In this document: positions 36,645 through 46,585 of the stretch, one piece after another
Layout of the letters: every line of letters begins with the position of its first letter
Numbering within the stretch: the stretch's first letter is position 1
From: Clostridia bacterium
GTDB lineage: Bacteria; Bacillota; Clostridia; Monoglobales; Firm-18
Assembly: GCA_045660545.1 (NCBI GenBank)
Contig: JAZREA010000021.1
Span: forward strand, 86,503 to 150,502
DNA length: 64,000 bases
Direction of reading: 5' to 3'
Made by a program: the position numbers and the translations under genes
The notes under the pieces: model-generated
What the model saw: the letters and a program-made list of their open reading frames with translations, nothing else
What the model was told of the DNA's origin: nothing
The model's database searches: none

Positions 36645-37379
36645 TTATTCAGCGTCCGCTGCTGCTTCCTCGCCAGCTTCTTCAACTGACATAGATTCGC
36701 CCTGTTTTGCTTCCAAAACAGCGTTTGCTATACATTCAACAATCAACTTAACCGCACGGATAGCGTCGTCGTTACCCGGGATAACGTAGTCAACTTCTTC
36801 CGGATCACAGTTTGTATCAACGATTGCAACAACCGGGATGTTAAGTCTCTTAGCTTCAGCCATAGCGATTTTCTCTTTACGAGGATCTACTACGAACATA
36901 ACGCCAGGCATGTTCTTCATTTCCTTAATACCGCCGAAGTTCTTTTCAAGCTTTTCCATTTCTTTTCTAAGCTTCATAACTTCTTTCTTAGGCAAAAGGT
37001 CGAAAGTGCCGTCGTCTTCCATCTTCTGTAACTGATAGAGACGGTCAATACTCTTTCTGATAGTCTTGAAGTTTGTAAGCATACCACCGAGCCAACGGTT
37101 GTTAACATAGTACATGCCAACCTTTTTAGCTTCCTCAGTGATTGCTTCTTGAGCCTGCTTCTTTGTTCCGACAAAAAGGATGTCCTTGCCGTCCAAAACA
37201 ACGTCTCTTACGAAAGCGTAAGCATCCTCAATCTTCTTTGCAGTCTTCTGCAAGTCGATGATGTGAATACCGTTTCTTTCTGTGAAAATGTACTCTGCCA
37301 TTTTCGGGTTCCATCTGCGAGTCTGGTGACCGAAGTGTACACCTGCCTCGAGCAGCTGTTTCATTGAAATTACTGCCAT
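36645..37379 (-). CDS. rpsB: 30S ribosomal protein S2
   Basis: [45 protein letters not shown] at 37379 after AGGAGG. Confidence 0.98.
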   Translation of the reverse strand: MAVISMKQLLEAGVHFGHQTRRWNPKMAEYIFTERNGIHIIDLQKTAKKIEDAYAFVRDVVLDGKDILFVGTKKQAQEAITEEAKKVGMYYVNNRWLGGMLTNFKTIRKSIDRLYQLQKMEDDGTFDLLPKKEVMKLRKEMEKLEKNFGGIKEMKNMPGVMFVVDPRKEKIAMAEAKRLNIPVVAIVDTNCDPEEVDYVIPGNDDAIRAVKLIVECIANAVLEAKQGESMSVEEAGEEAAADAE

Positions 37380-37392
37380 TTTAAAATTCCTC

Positions 37393-37496
37393 CTTGTTTT
37401 TATACCTCCGCCCTGCGTCATTTTTGTGCACAACCAAAAAAGGCAACAGCACACAAATCCGCCAAGCGTGTGTATTTTTAGCCGTTTTTACACAGC
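37393..37496 (-). promoter_or_regulatory. rpsB leader (S2 autoregulatory RNA candidate)
   Basis: About 115-nt leader ACACACGC...GGCGGAGG behind a TTGAAA-17-TATAAT promoter (37531-37503). The position and strings are typical of rpsB leaders. Confidence 0.65.
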
Positions 37497-37508
37497 CTTG
37501 TTATTATA

Positions 37509-38795
37509 TCACATATTTTTTATGATTTCAAGTGCTTTTTGCGAAATTTTTTCATATCTTTCCTTTTTATTCTTGATTCTCTCTTCCAAAGACGGCAATA
37601 TGCCGAAATTCACATTCATAGGCTGGAAGTTTTTGCCGCAGTATCCTGAGACATACTCGGCCAAAGCGCCGTGCGCCGTAGCCTTGTCGAACACCACTTT
37701 TTCCTTGCCAAGAGCCTTTTGCGCCGCGTTTATTCCGGCTACAAGTCCGCTTGCGGTGCTCTCAACATACCCCTCAACACCTGTTATCTGCCCTGCGAAG
37801 AATACGTCGGGGTGCTTTTTGACATTATATGTGTTGTCTAAAAGTTTAGGCGAGTTGATGTATGTGTTTCTGTGCATAACGCCGTAGCGCGCAAACGTTG
37901 CGTTTTCAAGACCCGGTATCATGCTAAAAACCCTTTTTTGCTCAGGGAATTTAAGGTGTGTCTGAAATCCCACGATGTTATACATAGTTCCCTCTTTGTT
38001 GTCTTGTCTAAGCTGTACAACCGCGTGATTTCTGGTACCGTCAGGTCTGTCAAGCCCAACAGGTTTTAGCGGCCCAAAGAGCAAGGTGTCCTTGCCCCTT
38101 TTCGCCATAACCTCCACAGGCATACACCCTTCAAAAACGTTGTTTTCAAAGTCTTTAAGCTCCGCGGTCTCGGCGTTTACCAAAGCTTCCCAAAACGCCT
38201 CGTACTCCTCCTTGGACATAGGGCAGTTGATGTAGTCGTCTCCGCCCTTGCCGTAGCGTGCCGCCTTGTAGGTTATGTCGTGGTCTATGCTGTCGTACAT
38301 CACAATCGGCGCGGCAGCGTCAAAAAAGTGTAGGTATTCTTCCTTGTCTGTCAGCCTTTCAATCTCGCCTATCAGCGCGTCGGAAGTCAAAGGCCCCGTA
38401 GCTATAACAACTATCCCGTCAGGGATTTTCGACACTTCCGTGTTTAAAACAAGCTCGATGTTAGGGTGGCTTTTAATCTTTTCGGTAATCATAGCCGAAA
38501 AGCCTTCTCTGTCCACCGCCAAAGCCCCGCCCGCAGGGACGCGTGTTTTGTCCGCGCACTCCATAACAAGCGAGCCTAAAAGCCTCATCTCTTCTTTTAA
38601 AAGGCCAACAGCGTTTGACAGTCCGTCAGCTCTTAGCGAATTGCTGCACACAAGCTCGGCGAGCCCGTCGCTTTTATGTGCGGGCGATTTTTTGTCCGGC
38701 TTCATTTCCAAAAGCCTTACCTTCACGCCCCTGTTTGCAGCCTGCCAAGCCGCTTCGCAGCCCGCAAGCCCTGCTCCTATAACAGTTACCGTCAT
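37509..38795 (-). CDS. trmFO: Folate/FAD-dependent tRNA m5U54 methyltransferase
   Basis: [51 protein letters not shown]. Confidence 0.96.
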   Translation of the reverse strand: MTVTVIGAGLAGCEAAWQAANRGVKVRLLEMKPDKKSPAHKSDGLAELVCSNSLRADGLSNAVGLLKEEMRLLGSLVMECADKTRVPAGGALAVDREGFSAMITEKIKSHPNIELVLNTEVSKIPDGIVVIATGPLTSDALIGEIERLTDKEEYLHFFDAAAPIVMYDSIDHDITYKAARYGKGGDDYINCPMSKEEYEAFWEALVNAETAELKDFENNVFEGCMPVEVMAKRGKDTLLFGPLKPVGLDRPDGTRNHAVVQLRQDNKEGTMYNIVGFQTHLKFPEQKRVFSMIPGLENATFARYGVMHRNTYINSPKLLDNTYNVKKHPDVFFAGQITGVEGYVESTASGLVAGINAAQKALGKEKVVFDKATAHGALAEYVSGYCGKNFQPMNVNFGILPSLEERIKNKKERYEKISQKALEIIKNM

Positions 38796-40882
38796 CTGGT
38801 CTTAGTCTCCTTAACGTCTTCGTATCCACACTTTTCGTCAGCGCAATACGTCCTCTTTTTGCCTCTGAAACGGTTTTCCAAAAGTAAGCCGTTACACTTA
38901 GGGCACTTTTCTTTAAGCGGTGTGTCCCATGTCATAAAGTCGCAACCGGGGTTGTTTTCACAGCCGTAATAGGTCTTGCCCTTTTTAGATTTTTTAATCA
39001 AAATCTTGCCGTTACACTTCGGGCACTGTGCGCCCGATTCTTTGACAATCGGCTTTGCGTTTCTGCACTCGGGGAAACCGGGACACGCCAGGAATTTTCC
39101 AAACCTGCCCATCTTATACACCATCATTCGTCCGCACTTTTCGCAAGGCACGTCGGAAACCTCGTCCTCTATCTTGATGGTACCTATCGCCTCTTCCGCA
39201 AGCTTGAGCGTCTTTTCAAACGGGCCGTAAAATTCCGATATAATCTTAACCCATTCTTCCTCGCCGTCCTCGACCTTGTCGAGCTTATCCTCCATATTAG
39301 CCGTAAACTCTATGTCAACTATATCGTTAAAATGCTCTTTCATAAGGTCGGTAATAATTGTACCAAGCTCTGTTGAATAAAGGGTTTTACCCTTTCGTGA
39401 GATATAGTTTCTTGCTAAAATCGTGGTTATTGTGGGGGCGTAAGTACTCGGGCGTCCGATTCCTTCCTCCTCCATGGTACGTATCAAAGAAGCCTCTGTG
39501 TACCTCGCAGGCGGCTCGGTGAAGTGCTGAGTGTGCTCAAGCTTGGACAAATTAAGCTCCTCACCTTCCGAAAGAGACGGCAAAACTCCGTCGTCCTCTT
39601 CCTTGGTGTCCGCGCCTTCGACGTAAATCTTCATAAATCCGGCAAACTTCACGCTCGAGCCGTTTGCCTTAAATGTATATCCGTTAGCGTCTATACTTAC
39701 CGAAACAGTATCTATAACCGCAGACGCCATCTGGCTTGCGACAAAGCGCTCCCAAATCAGCTTATAAACTTTATAAAGGTCGGGAGTAACCTTGTCCTTT
39801 ATGTCCTCAGGAGTTATCGTTATGTCAGACGGTCTTATAGCTTCGTGCGCGTCCTGTGCGCCCTTTTTAGCCGCATAAACTCTTGGGGTTTTCGGGGCAT
39901 ATTCGCTACCATAAACCTGCTTTATATAGTCAAACGCCGCCGTCCTCGCCTCGTCAGATATACGCAAAGAGTCGGTTCTCATATATGTTATAAGACCGAT
40001 AGTACCCTTGCCCTTTACCTCCACGCCTTCATAAAGCTGCTGAGCACCCTGCATAGTCCTTCTGGAAGTAAAGTTAAGCTTTCTTGACGCCTCCTGCTGA
40101 AGCGTACTTGTAATGAACGGGTTAGCAGGGTTTTTAATCTTGTCCTTTTTAGCAACCGAGCTTACGATATACTTTGCTCCGTCAATTTTTTCAAGAATCT
40201 TTTTAACATCAGCCTCATTGGAAAGCTCAGTCTTTTTGCCTCCCACGCCGTAAAAGTGTGCGTTAAACTTCTTTTTGTCCCCGCTTTTGTTAAGCTTTGC
40301 GTCTATCGTCCAATATTCCTTTGGAACAAACGCCTCAATCTCTCTTTCGCGGTCGACTACAAGCCTGGTGGCAACGGACTGCACCCTGCCTGCGCTAAGG
40401 CCTTTTTTAACCTTTTTCCAAAGCAGCGGGCTGATTTTGTATCCGACAATTCTGTCCAGAATTCGACGCGCCTGCTGGGCGTCTACCAAGTCCTTGTCGA
40501 TTTCGCGAGGGTTTTTCACCGCGTTTTGTACCGCAGTTTTGGTAATCTCGTTAAAAGTAATACGGTACGTGTTTTTCTCGTCTATATCAAGGACCGACGC
40601 AAGATGCCATGAAATAGCCTCTCCCTCACGGTCAGGGTCGGTTGCGAGAAAGACTTTTTTCGACGCCTTTGCTTCCTTTTTAAGCTTAGCGAGCAAGTCT
40701 CCCTTGCCTCTGATTGTTATATATTTAGGTTCAAAATTATTCTCTACATCTATTCCAAGCTGACTTTTCGGCAAATCACGTATATGCCCGTTAGATGCAA
40801 GAACGTTGTAATTCTTGCCAAGATATTTTTTAATAGTCTTTGCTTTTGCGGGTGACTCCACCACAACAAGGTAATCAGCCAT
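38792..40882 (-). CDS. topA: DNA topoisomerase I
   Basis: [48 protein letters not shown], three C-terminal Zn ribbons. ATG at 40882. Confidence 0.97.
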   Translation of the reverse strand: MADYLVVVESPAKAKTIKKYLGKNYNVLASNGHIRDLPKSQLGIDVENNFEPKYITIRGKGDLLAKLKKEAKASKKVFLATDPDREGEAISWHLASVLDIDEKNTYRITFNEITKTAVQNAVKNPREIDKDLVDAQQARRILDRIVGYKISPLLWKKVKKGLSAGRVQSVATRLVVDREREIEAFVPKEYWTIDAKLNKSGDKKKFNAHFYGVGGKKTELSNEADVKKILEKIDGAKYIVSSVAKKDKIKNPANPFITSTLQQEASRKLNFTSRRTMQGAQQLYEGVEVKGKGTIGLITYMRTDSLRISDEARTAAFDYIKQVYGSEYAPKTPRVYAAKKGAQDAHEAIRPSDITITPEDIKDKVTPDLYKVYKLIWERFVASQMASAVIDTVSVSIDANGYTFKANGSSVKFAGFMKIYVEGADTKEEDDGVLPSLSEGEELNLSKLEHTQHFTEPPARYTEASLIRTMEEEGIGRPSTYAPTITTILARNYISRKGKTLYSTELGTIITDLMKEHFNDIVDIEFTANMEDKLDKVEDGEEEWVKIISEFYGPFEKTLKLAEEAIGTIKIEDEVSDVPCEKCGRMMVYKMGRFGKFLACPGFPECRNAKPIVKESGAQCPKCNGKILIKKSKKGKTYYGCENNPGCDFMTWDTPLKEKCPKCNGLLLENRFRGKKRTYCADEKCGYEDVKETKTR

Positions 40883-40893
40883 AATATTCCTCC

Positions 40894-42012
40894 TTAACAG
40901 CATAATATGTATTGTTTGCCGGGAAGTGATTTTACAATTCCATTAAGTTCCAACATAAACAGACACTGGTTAACGACCGAAATTTCAATACCGCAGTCAA
41001 AACATATCCTGTCTATATGTGTCGGAACGTCTTTTTTAAGTACCTCTACGACCGCCCTCTGGTCAAAGGTCAGGTCTTTTAAGGCGTCGTTTTTGCGCCT
41101 TTGTTCTTTATCTTCGCTGTATATAGTCTCTGCGAGAAGTTCGGGGTTGTCATACGCCATATCAACCAGCACGTCCTTTGCGCAGGTTACAAGCCTCGCT
41201 CCCTCACGGATAAGACGGTTTGGCGCTTCGCTTAGCGGGTTGTCTGCGTTGCCGGGTACGCACATAACCTCTTTGCCCTGGTCCATAGCTAAGTTAGCAG
41301 TTATTGTAGACCCACTGGACGCCTTGCCCTCAATTACAATTACCGCCTCCGACATACCGCTTACTATTCTGTTTCGCACAGGGAAGCACGACGGCTTGGG
41401 CGCTGTGCCGGGCAGAAATTCCGTAACCACCGCTCCGTTTAGGGCAATCAACTCCTTTAAAGACTTGTTTTCGGGCGGGTAAATTATATCTATTCCGCAG
41501 CCTAAAACGGCTATCGTCTTTCCTCCTGCGCGGATTGCTCCTTCGTGCGCGGAGCTGTCTATTCCTCTTGCCATTCCGCTTATTATATAAGCCCCTGCTT
41601 TTGCAAGGTCGTGTGCCATCTTCTCTGCCATATTGTGGCCATATATGCTCGGTTTTCGCGAGCCTACTACCGCAATCGGAAGGTCGTCCGGCCCAAAAAG
41701 CTCACCCTTAACGAACAAAAGGACGGGCGCGTCGGAAATGTTTTTTAACGTCGAAGGATATTTTACATCATAAAATGTAACTATGTCAACACCCCATAGG
41801 TCGCATTTTTCGACAACACTTTTCGCTTCTTCTAAGCTTTTGTCCGCCATCTTTTCAAGATGTGCGCGACTTATCCCCTCAAAACGCGAAAGCTCCATGA
41901 TATCTGCATTATATATTTCCTTAAACGAGCCGTAATATTCACACATCTTAGGCGAAACTGCGCTTCCTGCGCCAAAGATTTTAAGCAGCCATACTGCATA
42001 GACCTTTTCCAT
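40894..42012 (-). CDS. dprA: DNA processing protein DprA
   Basis: AVVGSR, ISGMARGID, HEGA, VLGCG, FPVRNRIVSG, SGSTITA, C-terminal winged helix. Confidence 0.94.
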   Translation of the reverse strand: MEKVYAVWLLKIFGAGSAVSPKMCEYYGSFKEIYNADIMELSRFEGISRAHLEKMADKSLEEAKSVVEKCDLWGVDIVTFYDVKYPSTLKNISDAPVLLFVKGELFGPDDLPIAVVGSRKPSIYGHNMAEKMAHDLAKAGAYIISGMARGIDSSAHEGAIRAGGKTIAVLGCGIDIIYPPENKSLKELIALNGAVVTEFLPGTAPKPSCFPVRNRIVSGMSEAVIVIEGKASSGSTITANLAMDQGKEVMCVPGNADNPLSEAPNRLIREGARLVTCAKDVLVDMAYDNPELLAETIYSEDKEQRRKNDALKDLTFDQRAVVEVLKKDVPTHIDRICFDCGIEISVVNQCLFMLELNGIVKSLPGKQYILCC

Positions 42013-42016
42013 TACG

Positions 42017-42775
42017 CTACCTCTTTTTACTGATTTTTTGTCTGAATATTTCGTACATAACCACGCTGCCCGCGACGGCTGCGTTTAACGACTCAGCGCC
42101 ACCAAGCATAGGAATCTTAATGCGAATGTCAGACATTTTTGCGACCTCGTCGCTTACGCCGTGGGCCTCGTTGCCCACAACGACTGCCGTCTTTTTCGGA
42201 AAGTCCGTTTCGTAAAGGTCGGTAGATCCGTCTAAAAGGGTAGATACTAACGTATATCCCGAAAGCTTTTCTTTAAGCTCGTCCACTTCCATAAAATATA
42301 GCGGTATTCTGAAAATCGAGCCCATCGCAGAGCGCACCACCTTTGGGCTGTAAGGGTCAACCGTACCCTTTATTAAAACTACGCCGTCTACTCCGCTGCA
42401 CTCTGCCGTACGGATAAGTGTGCCAAGGTTTCCGGGGTCAGAAACGTTGTCTGCTATAAGCAAGGTGTCGCCACAAAGCTCGTCAACATCACGCATCCTC
42501 ATCTTACAAACCGCAACTATTCCCTGCGTGGTCGTCGTGTCGGAGAGCGCGCCAAACATCTTGTCGTCTATCATATATGTATCAACATCATAAAGCTCAC
42601 CCTTGTAGCTTCGAGACACAAATATATATTCAGCGTCCCCCGCTGATACAGCATCCATAACAAGCCTCTTGCCCTCCGCGATATAACGGCCCTGCTTTTG
42701 CCTTTCAGCGCGTGAAAGCAGCTTTTTAGTCTGTTTATACACCTTGTTTTCCAAAGAAGTAATTTCTTTAACCAT
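42017..42775 (-). CDS. TrmH/SpoU family RNA methyltransferase
   Basis: SDPGNLGTLIRTA, VRSAMG, VGNEAHG, IPMLGGAESLNAAVA. Confidence 0.92.
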   Translation of the reverse strand: MVKEITSLENKVYKQTKKLLSRAERQKQGRYIAEGKRLVMDAVSAGDAEYIFVSRSYKGELYDVDTYMIDDKMFGALSDTTTTQGIVAVCKMRMRDVDELCGDTLLIADNVSDPGNLGTLIRTAECSGVDGVVLIKGTVDPYSPKVVRSAMGSIFRIPLYFMEVDELKEKLSGYTLVSTLLDGSTDLYETDFPKKTAVVVGNEAHGVSDEVAKMSDIRIKIPMLGGAESLNAAVAGSVVMYEIFRQKISKKR

Positions 42776-42854
42776 GCCCCAACACCGCCAATAAAAATTT
42801 ATTCGTGTAAATGTCAAAATGGGGACGCAAACTATGCGACCCCATTAATTATAA

Positions 42855-43211
42855 TTATTTTCTTGCAGCCTTTGCAGTTTCTACCAAAGAAGCAAAAGCA
42901 GCAGCGTCAGACACTGCAATTTCAGCAAGCATCTTTCTGTTGATGTTAATACCAGCTTTTTTAAGTCCGTTCATCATTGTGCTGTAGTTCATGCCGTTAG
43001 CACGTGCAGCAGCGTTGATACGAGCGATCCAAAGCTGACGGAAATCTCTCTTTTTAAGCTTTCTGCCAACGTACGCATGAGACATAGCCTTCATAACAGC
43101 TTCATTAGCAGTTCTGAAAAGACGGCTTCTGCCACCTCTGTATCCCTTCGCAAGCTTCAATATTTTTTTATGTCTTTTTCTGGTGTGCATTGCACCTTTA
43201 ATTCTGGCCAT
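42855..43211 (-). CDS. rplT: 50S ribosomal protein L20
   Basis: [30 protein letters not shown]. Confidence 0.98.
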   Translation of the reverse strand: MARIKGAMHTRKRHKKILKLAKGYRGGRSRLFRTANEAVMKAMSHAYVGRKLKKRDFRQLWIARINAAARANGMNYSTMMNGLKKAGININRKMLAEIAVSDAAAFASLVETAKAARK

Positions 43212-43244
43212 TTATATAGTCCTCCTTAGCGTCTAATAATAATC

Positions 43245-43445
43245 TTACTTGTACGGAATTAACTTCTTGATAACTGCTGCGTTTGAATCGTGGCAGTAAG
43301 CAGTCTTTCTAAGACCTCTTTTTCTCTTAGTTGTCTTTTTGTTTAAGATGTGGCTACGAAATGCGGAACCTCTTTTAACCTTACCTGAAGCAGTAAGTTT
43401 AAATCTTTTAGCCGCACCTCTGTGTGTTTTTATCTTATTAGCCAT
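43245..43445 (-). CDS. rpmI: 50S ribosomal protein L35
   Basis: [19 protein letters not shown]. Confidence 0.98.
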   Translation of the reverse strand: MANKIKTHRGAAKRFKLTASGKVKRGSAFRSHILNKKTTKRKRGLRKTAYCHDSNAAVIKKLIPYK

Positions 43446-43495
43446 AAAGCATTCTCCTTTCGTTTAGACTCCGCACCGCGGAAAATCTTGATATA

Positions 43496-44014
43496 TTATT
43501 TTTCTCCGCCTTTCGGTGAGATAAACATTGACATATTTCTGCCTTCCATTTTTGGATTCTTCTCAACTGTGCCGACCTCTTCGGTCTCATCTTTAAAGCG
43601 CATTAAGATATCCTCGCCGAGTGAAGCGTGTGTAACCTCTCTACCTCTGAAACGAACGGTTACCTTAACCTTGTTACCACTCTTTAAAAACTTTTTAGCG
43701 TTATTAACCTTGGTGAAAAAATCGTGGTCATCAATGTTAGGTGTAAGACGAACTTCCTTTGTTTCAACGACCTTTTGGTTTTTACGCTGTTCCTTTTCCT
43801 TTTTGGCAATCTCGAAGCGATACTTGCCGTAGTCCATAATCTTGCATACAGGCGGAACTGCGTTAGGAGCAATCTTAACTAAGTCAAGGTCCTTTTCAGC
43901 GGCAATTTCAAGCGCCCTCTGAGAAGTAACTATACCCAGCTGTTCTCCCTCGCTTCCAATCAAGCGAACTTCCTTATCTTTGATTTTTTCGTTAATGATG
44001 TGCTCTTTGCTGAT
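43496..44014 (-). CDS. infC: Translation initiation factor IF-3 (likely non-canonical ATC start)
   Basis: INEKI, VRLIG, PPVCKIMDYGKY, KEVRL, FRGRE. GGGGGTG RBS, 6 nt, then ATC AGC AAA at 44014. Confidence 0.95.
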   Translation of the reverse strand: MSKEHIINEKIKDKEVRLIGSEGEQLGIVTSQRALEIAAEKDLDLVKIAPNAVPPVCKIMDYGKYRFEIAKKEKEQRKNQKVVETKEVRLTPNIDDHDFFTKVNNAKKFLKSGNKVKVTVRFRGREVTHASLGEDILMRFKDETEEVGTVEKNPKMEGRNMSMFISPKGGEK

Positions 44015-44029
44015 AACGTGCACCCCCAA

Positions 44030-44147
44030 AAATAAAAGTGTGGACAGCCAAAGCTATCCACACACAAATACAAATAAAATTTAAGATTGTGTAACCTAAA
44101 ATGCTAAGCGCGCAAATAGGTGAGAAATTGGATAACTTCTGCTTGCC
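44030..44147 (-). promoter_or_regulatory. L20 leader attenuator
   Basis: AAGCAGAAG...TTCTCACCT motif, then terminator GTGTGGATAGC/GCTGTCCACAC with U-tract. TTGACA-17-TAACCT promoter at 44181-44153. Confidence 0.8.
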
Positions 44148-44291
44148 ATAATAGGTTAACACACGAATAAGCTTTTGTCAAGGGTTTTTAATAAAAAATT
44201 TTTCACTTTTATTGACAACTTATATCGCGATTGATTTTAGCCTTAAAGTATGTTAGAATATTTAACACAAGCTTTTTAGGAGGTGGCCGGT

Positions 44292-44744
44292 ATGATGACG
44301 GTTGAAATAATCGCAGTGGGTAAAATTAAAGAGAAATTTTATATCGACGCCCTGGCGGAATATTCCAAAAGGCTTGGCCGCTACTGCAACTTTAAAATAA
44401 CGCAAGTTTCAGACTTCCCCGACGACCCGCTTGAAGCAAAACGCGAGGCAGAGCTTATACTTCCTAAAATCAAGGGCATGTGCGTACCGCTTTGCGTAGA
44501 GGGCAAGCAGATGTCCAGCGAAAAGTTTGCGGACTTTATAAAGCGTTGCTCGGTTGAAGGCAACTCGCACATCTGCTTTATAATCGGCGGCTCCAACGGG
44601 CTTGACGAGAGTGTTAAACAAAAGGGGAAACTTATGCTTTCGTTTTCCGAGATGACATTCCCCCACCAGCTTATGAGGGTTGTGCTCGCTGAGCAGATTT
44701 ACCGCGCTTTTAAAATCATAAATAACGAAACATACCACAAATAA
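44292..44744 (+). CDS. rlmH: 23S rRNA (m3Psi1915) methyltransferase
   Basis: IAVGKIKEKF, EYSKRL, FIIGGSNG, LSFSEMTFPHQLMRVVLAEQIYRA, YHK. Confidence 0.96.
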   Translation: MMTVEIIAVGKIKEKFYIDALAEYSKRLGRYCNFKITQVSDFPDDPLEAKREAELILPKIKGMCVPLCVEGKQMSSEKFADFIKRCSVEGNSHICFIIGGSNGLDESVKQKGKLMLSFSEMTFPHQLMRVVLAEQIYRAFKIINNETYHK

Positions 44745-44846
44745 CAAAGGCACTATTGACTTATAAAAATGTTGTGTTAAAATAATGTTGGATTTTAGCT
44801 CTATTTATAATAGAAGCTAAATATCGAAAAGAAACGGAGAATTAAT

Positions 44847-45746
44847 ATGAAAGATACTTTGGCAGTTGCGATTACCGACAACGCAGCCCTTAGAATATAC
44901 GCTGCAACAACCACCGCCCTCGTTTCCGAGGCACAAAGGATACACAAGACACTTCCGCTTGCTACTGCGGCTCTTGGCAGGACTCTTACCGCAGGCGCTA
45001 TGATGAGCGCTATGCAAAAGGACGAAAACGTCTCTTTGACAATCCGCTTTAACGGCGACGGCCCGTTGGGTACCTTGGTGGTTGTAACAGGAGCAGACTC
45101 TACCGTAAGAGGCTATGTTCAAAACCCCGCTGCCGACCTTCCTCTTCGCGCCGACGGCAAAATCGACGTTGGCGGCGGAATAGGCAAAAACGGCTACGTC
45201 AGCGTTATAAGGGACATGGGAAAGGGTACAAACCCGTATGTCGGACAGGTGGAAATTTCGACAGGCGAAGTCGCAGAAGACTTAACATATTACTACGCAA
45301 CCAGCGAGCAGACACCGACCGCAATCTCCCTTGGAGTTTTGGTGGACAGAGATTTTTCGCCCAAGTCGGCAGGCGGTTTTATAATCCAGATGATGCCGGG
45401 CTGGGGAGTAGACGACGAGCAGATAATATCTGCAATCGAAAAAAGACTTGCAGAAATCAAGCCTATCAGCACCTTGGTCGCAGAGGGCATGAGCGCAACA
45501 GATATTATCCAGACACTTTTAGACGGAATTACTCCGTACCATATTCTAAAAGAAACTACTCCTGCATACAAATGTAACTGTACACGTCAAAGAGTAGAGC
45601 GTGCTCTTATATCAATCGGCAAAAAAGACCTCGCATCTTTAATGGAGGACGGCAAGGACGTACCCGTAGACTGCAACTTTTGTGACAAGGTTTATTCGTT
45701 TACTGCGGAAGATATTGGGGTTCTTTTGAAAAAATGCACAAGATAG
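44847..45746 (+). CDS. hslO: Hsp33 redox-regulated chaperone
   Basis: ALGRTLTAG, GDGPLG, GEVAED, YYATSEQTPT, AGGFIIQMMPG, CNC...CNFC. Confidence 0.94.
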   Translation: MKDTLAVAITDNAALRIYAATTTALVSEAQRIHKTLPLATAALGRTLTAGAMMSAMQKDENVSLTIRFNGDGPLGTLVVVTGADSTVRGYVQNPAADLPLRADGKIDVGGGIGKNGYVSVIRDMGKGTNPYVGQVEISTGEVAEDLTYYYATSEQTPTAISLGVLVDRDFSPKSAGGFIIQMMPGWGVDDEQIISAIEKRLAEIKPISTLVAEGMSATDIIQTLLDGITPYHILKETTPAYKCNCTRQRVERALISIGKKDLASLMEDGKDVPVDCNFCDKVYSFTAEDIGVLLKKCTR

Positions 45747-45787
45747 CCATGTCTTTTAAAAAAATCATATTTTTTTGAAAAAAAGTA

Positions 45788-45816
45788 TTGACAATCCTTT
45801 TTCAATGCGATATAAT
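45788..45816 (+). promoter_or_regulatory. Sigma-A promoter of the Asp-Val-Phe-Gly-Cys tRNA cluster
   Basis: TTGACA-17-TATAAT. Confidence 0.85.
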
Positions 45817-45869
45817 ATAACTCGCTGACGGGTTGAGAGATTAGTTCCCGTTGTAGTTTTTAGAATTGT

Positions 45870-45946
45870 GGCCGAGTAGTTCAGTTGGTTAGAATGCCAG
45901 CCTGTCACGCTGGAGGTCGTGGGTTCGAGCCCCATCTCGGTCGCCA
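45870..45946 (+). tRNA. tRNA-Asp(GTC)
   Basis: CCAGC-CT-GTC-AC-GCTGG anticodon arm, GGTTCGAG T-loop, CCA. Confidence 0.97.
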
Positions 45947-45957
45947 TTTCTATTTTT

Positions 45958-46033
45958 GGGAGCATAGCTCAGCTGGGAGAGCATCTGCCTTACAAGCAGA
46001 GGGTCATAGGTTCGATCCCTATTGTTCCCACCA
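45958..46033 (+). tRNA. tRNA-Val(TAC)
   Basis: GGGAGCA/TGTTCCC acceptor stem, CT-TAC-AA loop, CCA. Confidence 0.97.
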
Positions 46034-46039
46034 ACATAT

Positions 46040-46115
46040 GCCTCTGTAGCTCAGTTGGTAGAGCATGGGACTGAAAATCCCAGTGTCAGTGGTTCGATTC
46101 CACTCGGAGGCACCA
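46040..46115 (+). tRNA. tRNA-Phe(GAA)
   Basis: TGGGA-CT-GAA-AA-TCCCA anticodon arm, CCA. Confidence 0.96.
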
Positions 46116-46124
46116 TCTTAATAT

Positions 46125-46199
46125 GCGGGAGTGGCTCAGTGGTAGAGCGTCACCTTGCCAAGGTGAACGTCGCGAGTTCGAATCTCGTCTTCCGCTCCA
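46125..46199 (+). tRNA. tRNA-Gly(GCC)
   Basis: CACC-TT-GCC-AA-GGTG anticodon arm, GCGGGAG/CTTCCGC acceptor stem, TCCA. Confidence 0.97.
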
Positions 46200-46252
46200 T
46201 AAAGACGCTTTACAATGCGTCTTTTATTTTACTAATTATTAATTTTATATAT

Positions 46253-46326
46253 GGCGCTATAGCCAAGTGGTAAGGCAGAGGCCTGCAAAGCCTTTACCCC
46301 CGGTTCAAATCCGGGTGGCGCCTCCA
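46253..46326 (+). tRNA. tRNA-Cys(GCA)
   Basis: GGCGCTA acceptor start, AGGC-CT-GCA-AA-GCCT anticodon arm, TCCA. Confidence 0.96.
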
Positions 46327-46369
46327 AAAAGAAACGACAACTTTCTTAGGAAAGTTGTCGTTTCTTTTT
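46327..46369 (+). terminator. Terminator after tRNA-Cys
   Basis: AAAAGAAACGACAACTTTC-ttag-GAAAGTTGTCGTTTCTTTT. Confidence 0.85.
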
Positions 46370-46585
46370 GTGTTCTTATCTATTAACTATTCTTTCTTCA
46401 CTTTTCACTAAAATTTTTTTAGATTCCAACCGACAATTGTCAATAAAGCCAATTGATTTTCCGATATACTTAATAGTATAATTGTCTTGCATACGATATG
46501 TGAAATTTTGTTGCACAAAACCTGCTCCCGACTGAGCAGGGCATAGGGTTTAGATAATGAACATATAGCGAAAAGGAGATTAAAT

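Noticed and set aside
44038-44063. DnaA-box-like CTATCCACA; possible oriC near rplI-dnaB
   Set aside because: A single imperfect match inside the L20 terminator stem. No DnaA-box cluster, dnaA or dnaN seen.
44292-44846. rlmH 3' end as an SCC-type island attachment site
   Set aside because: Followed directly by the core gene hslO, with no recombinase or cargo.
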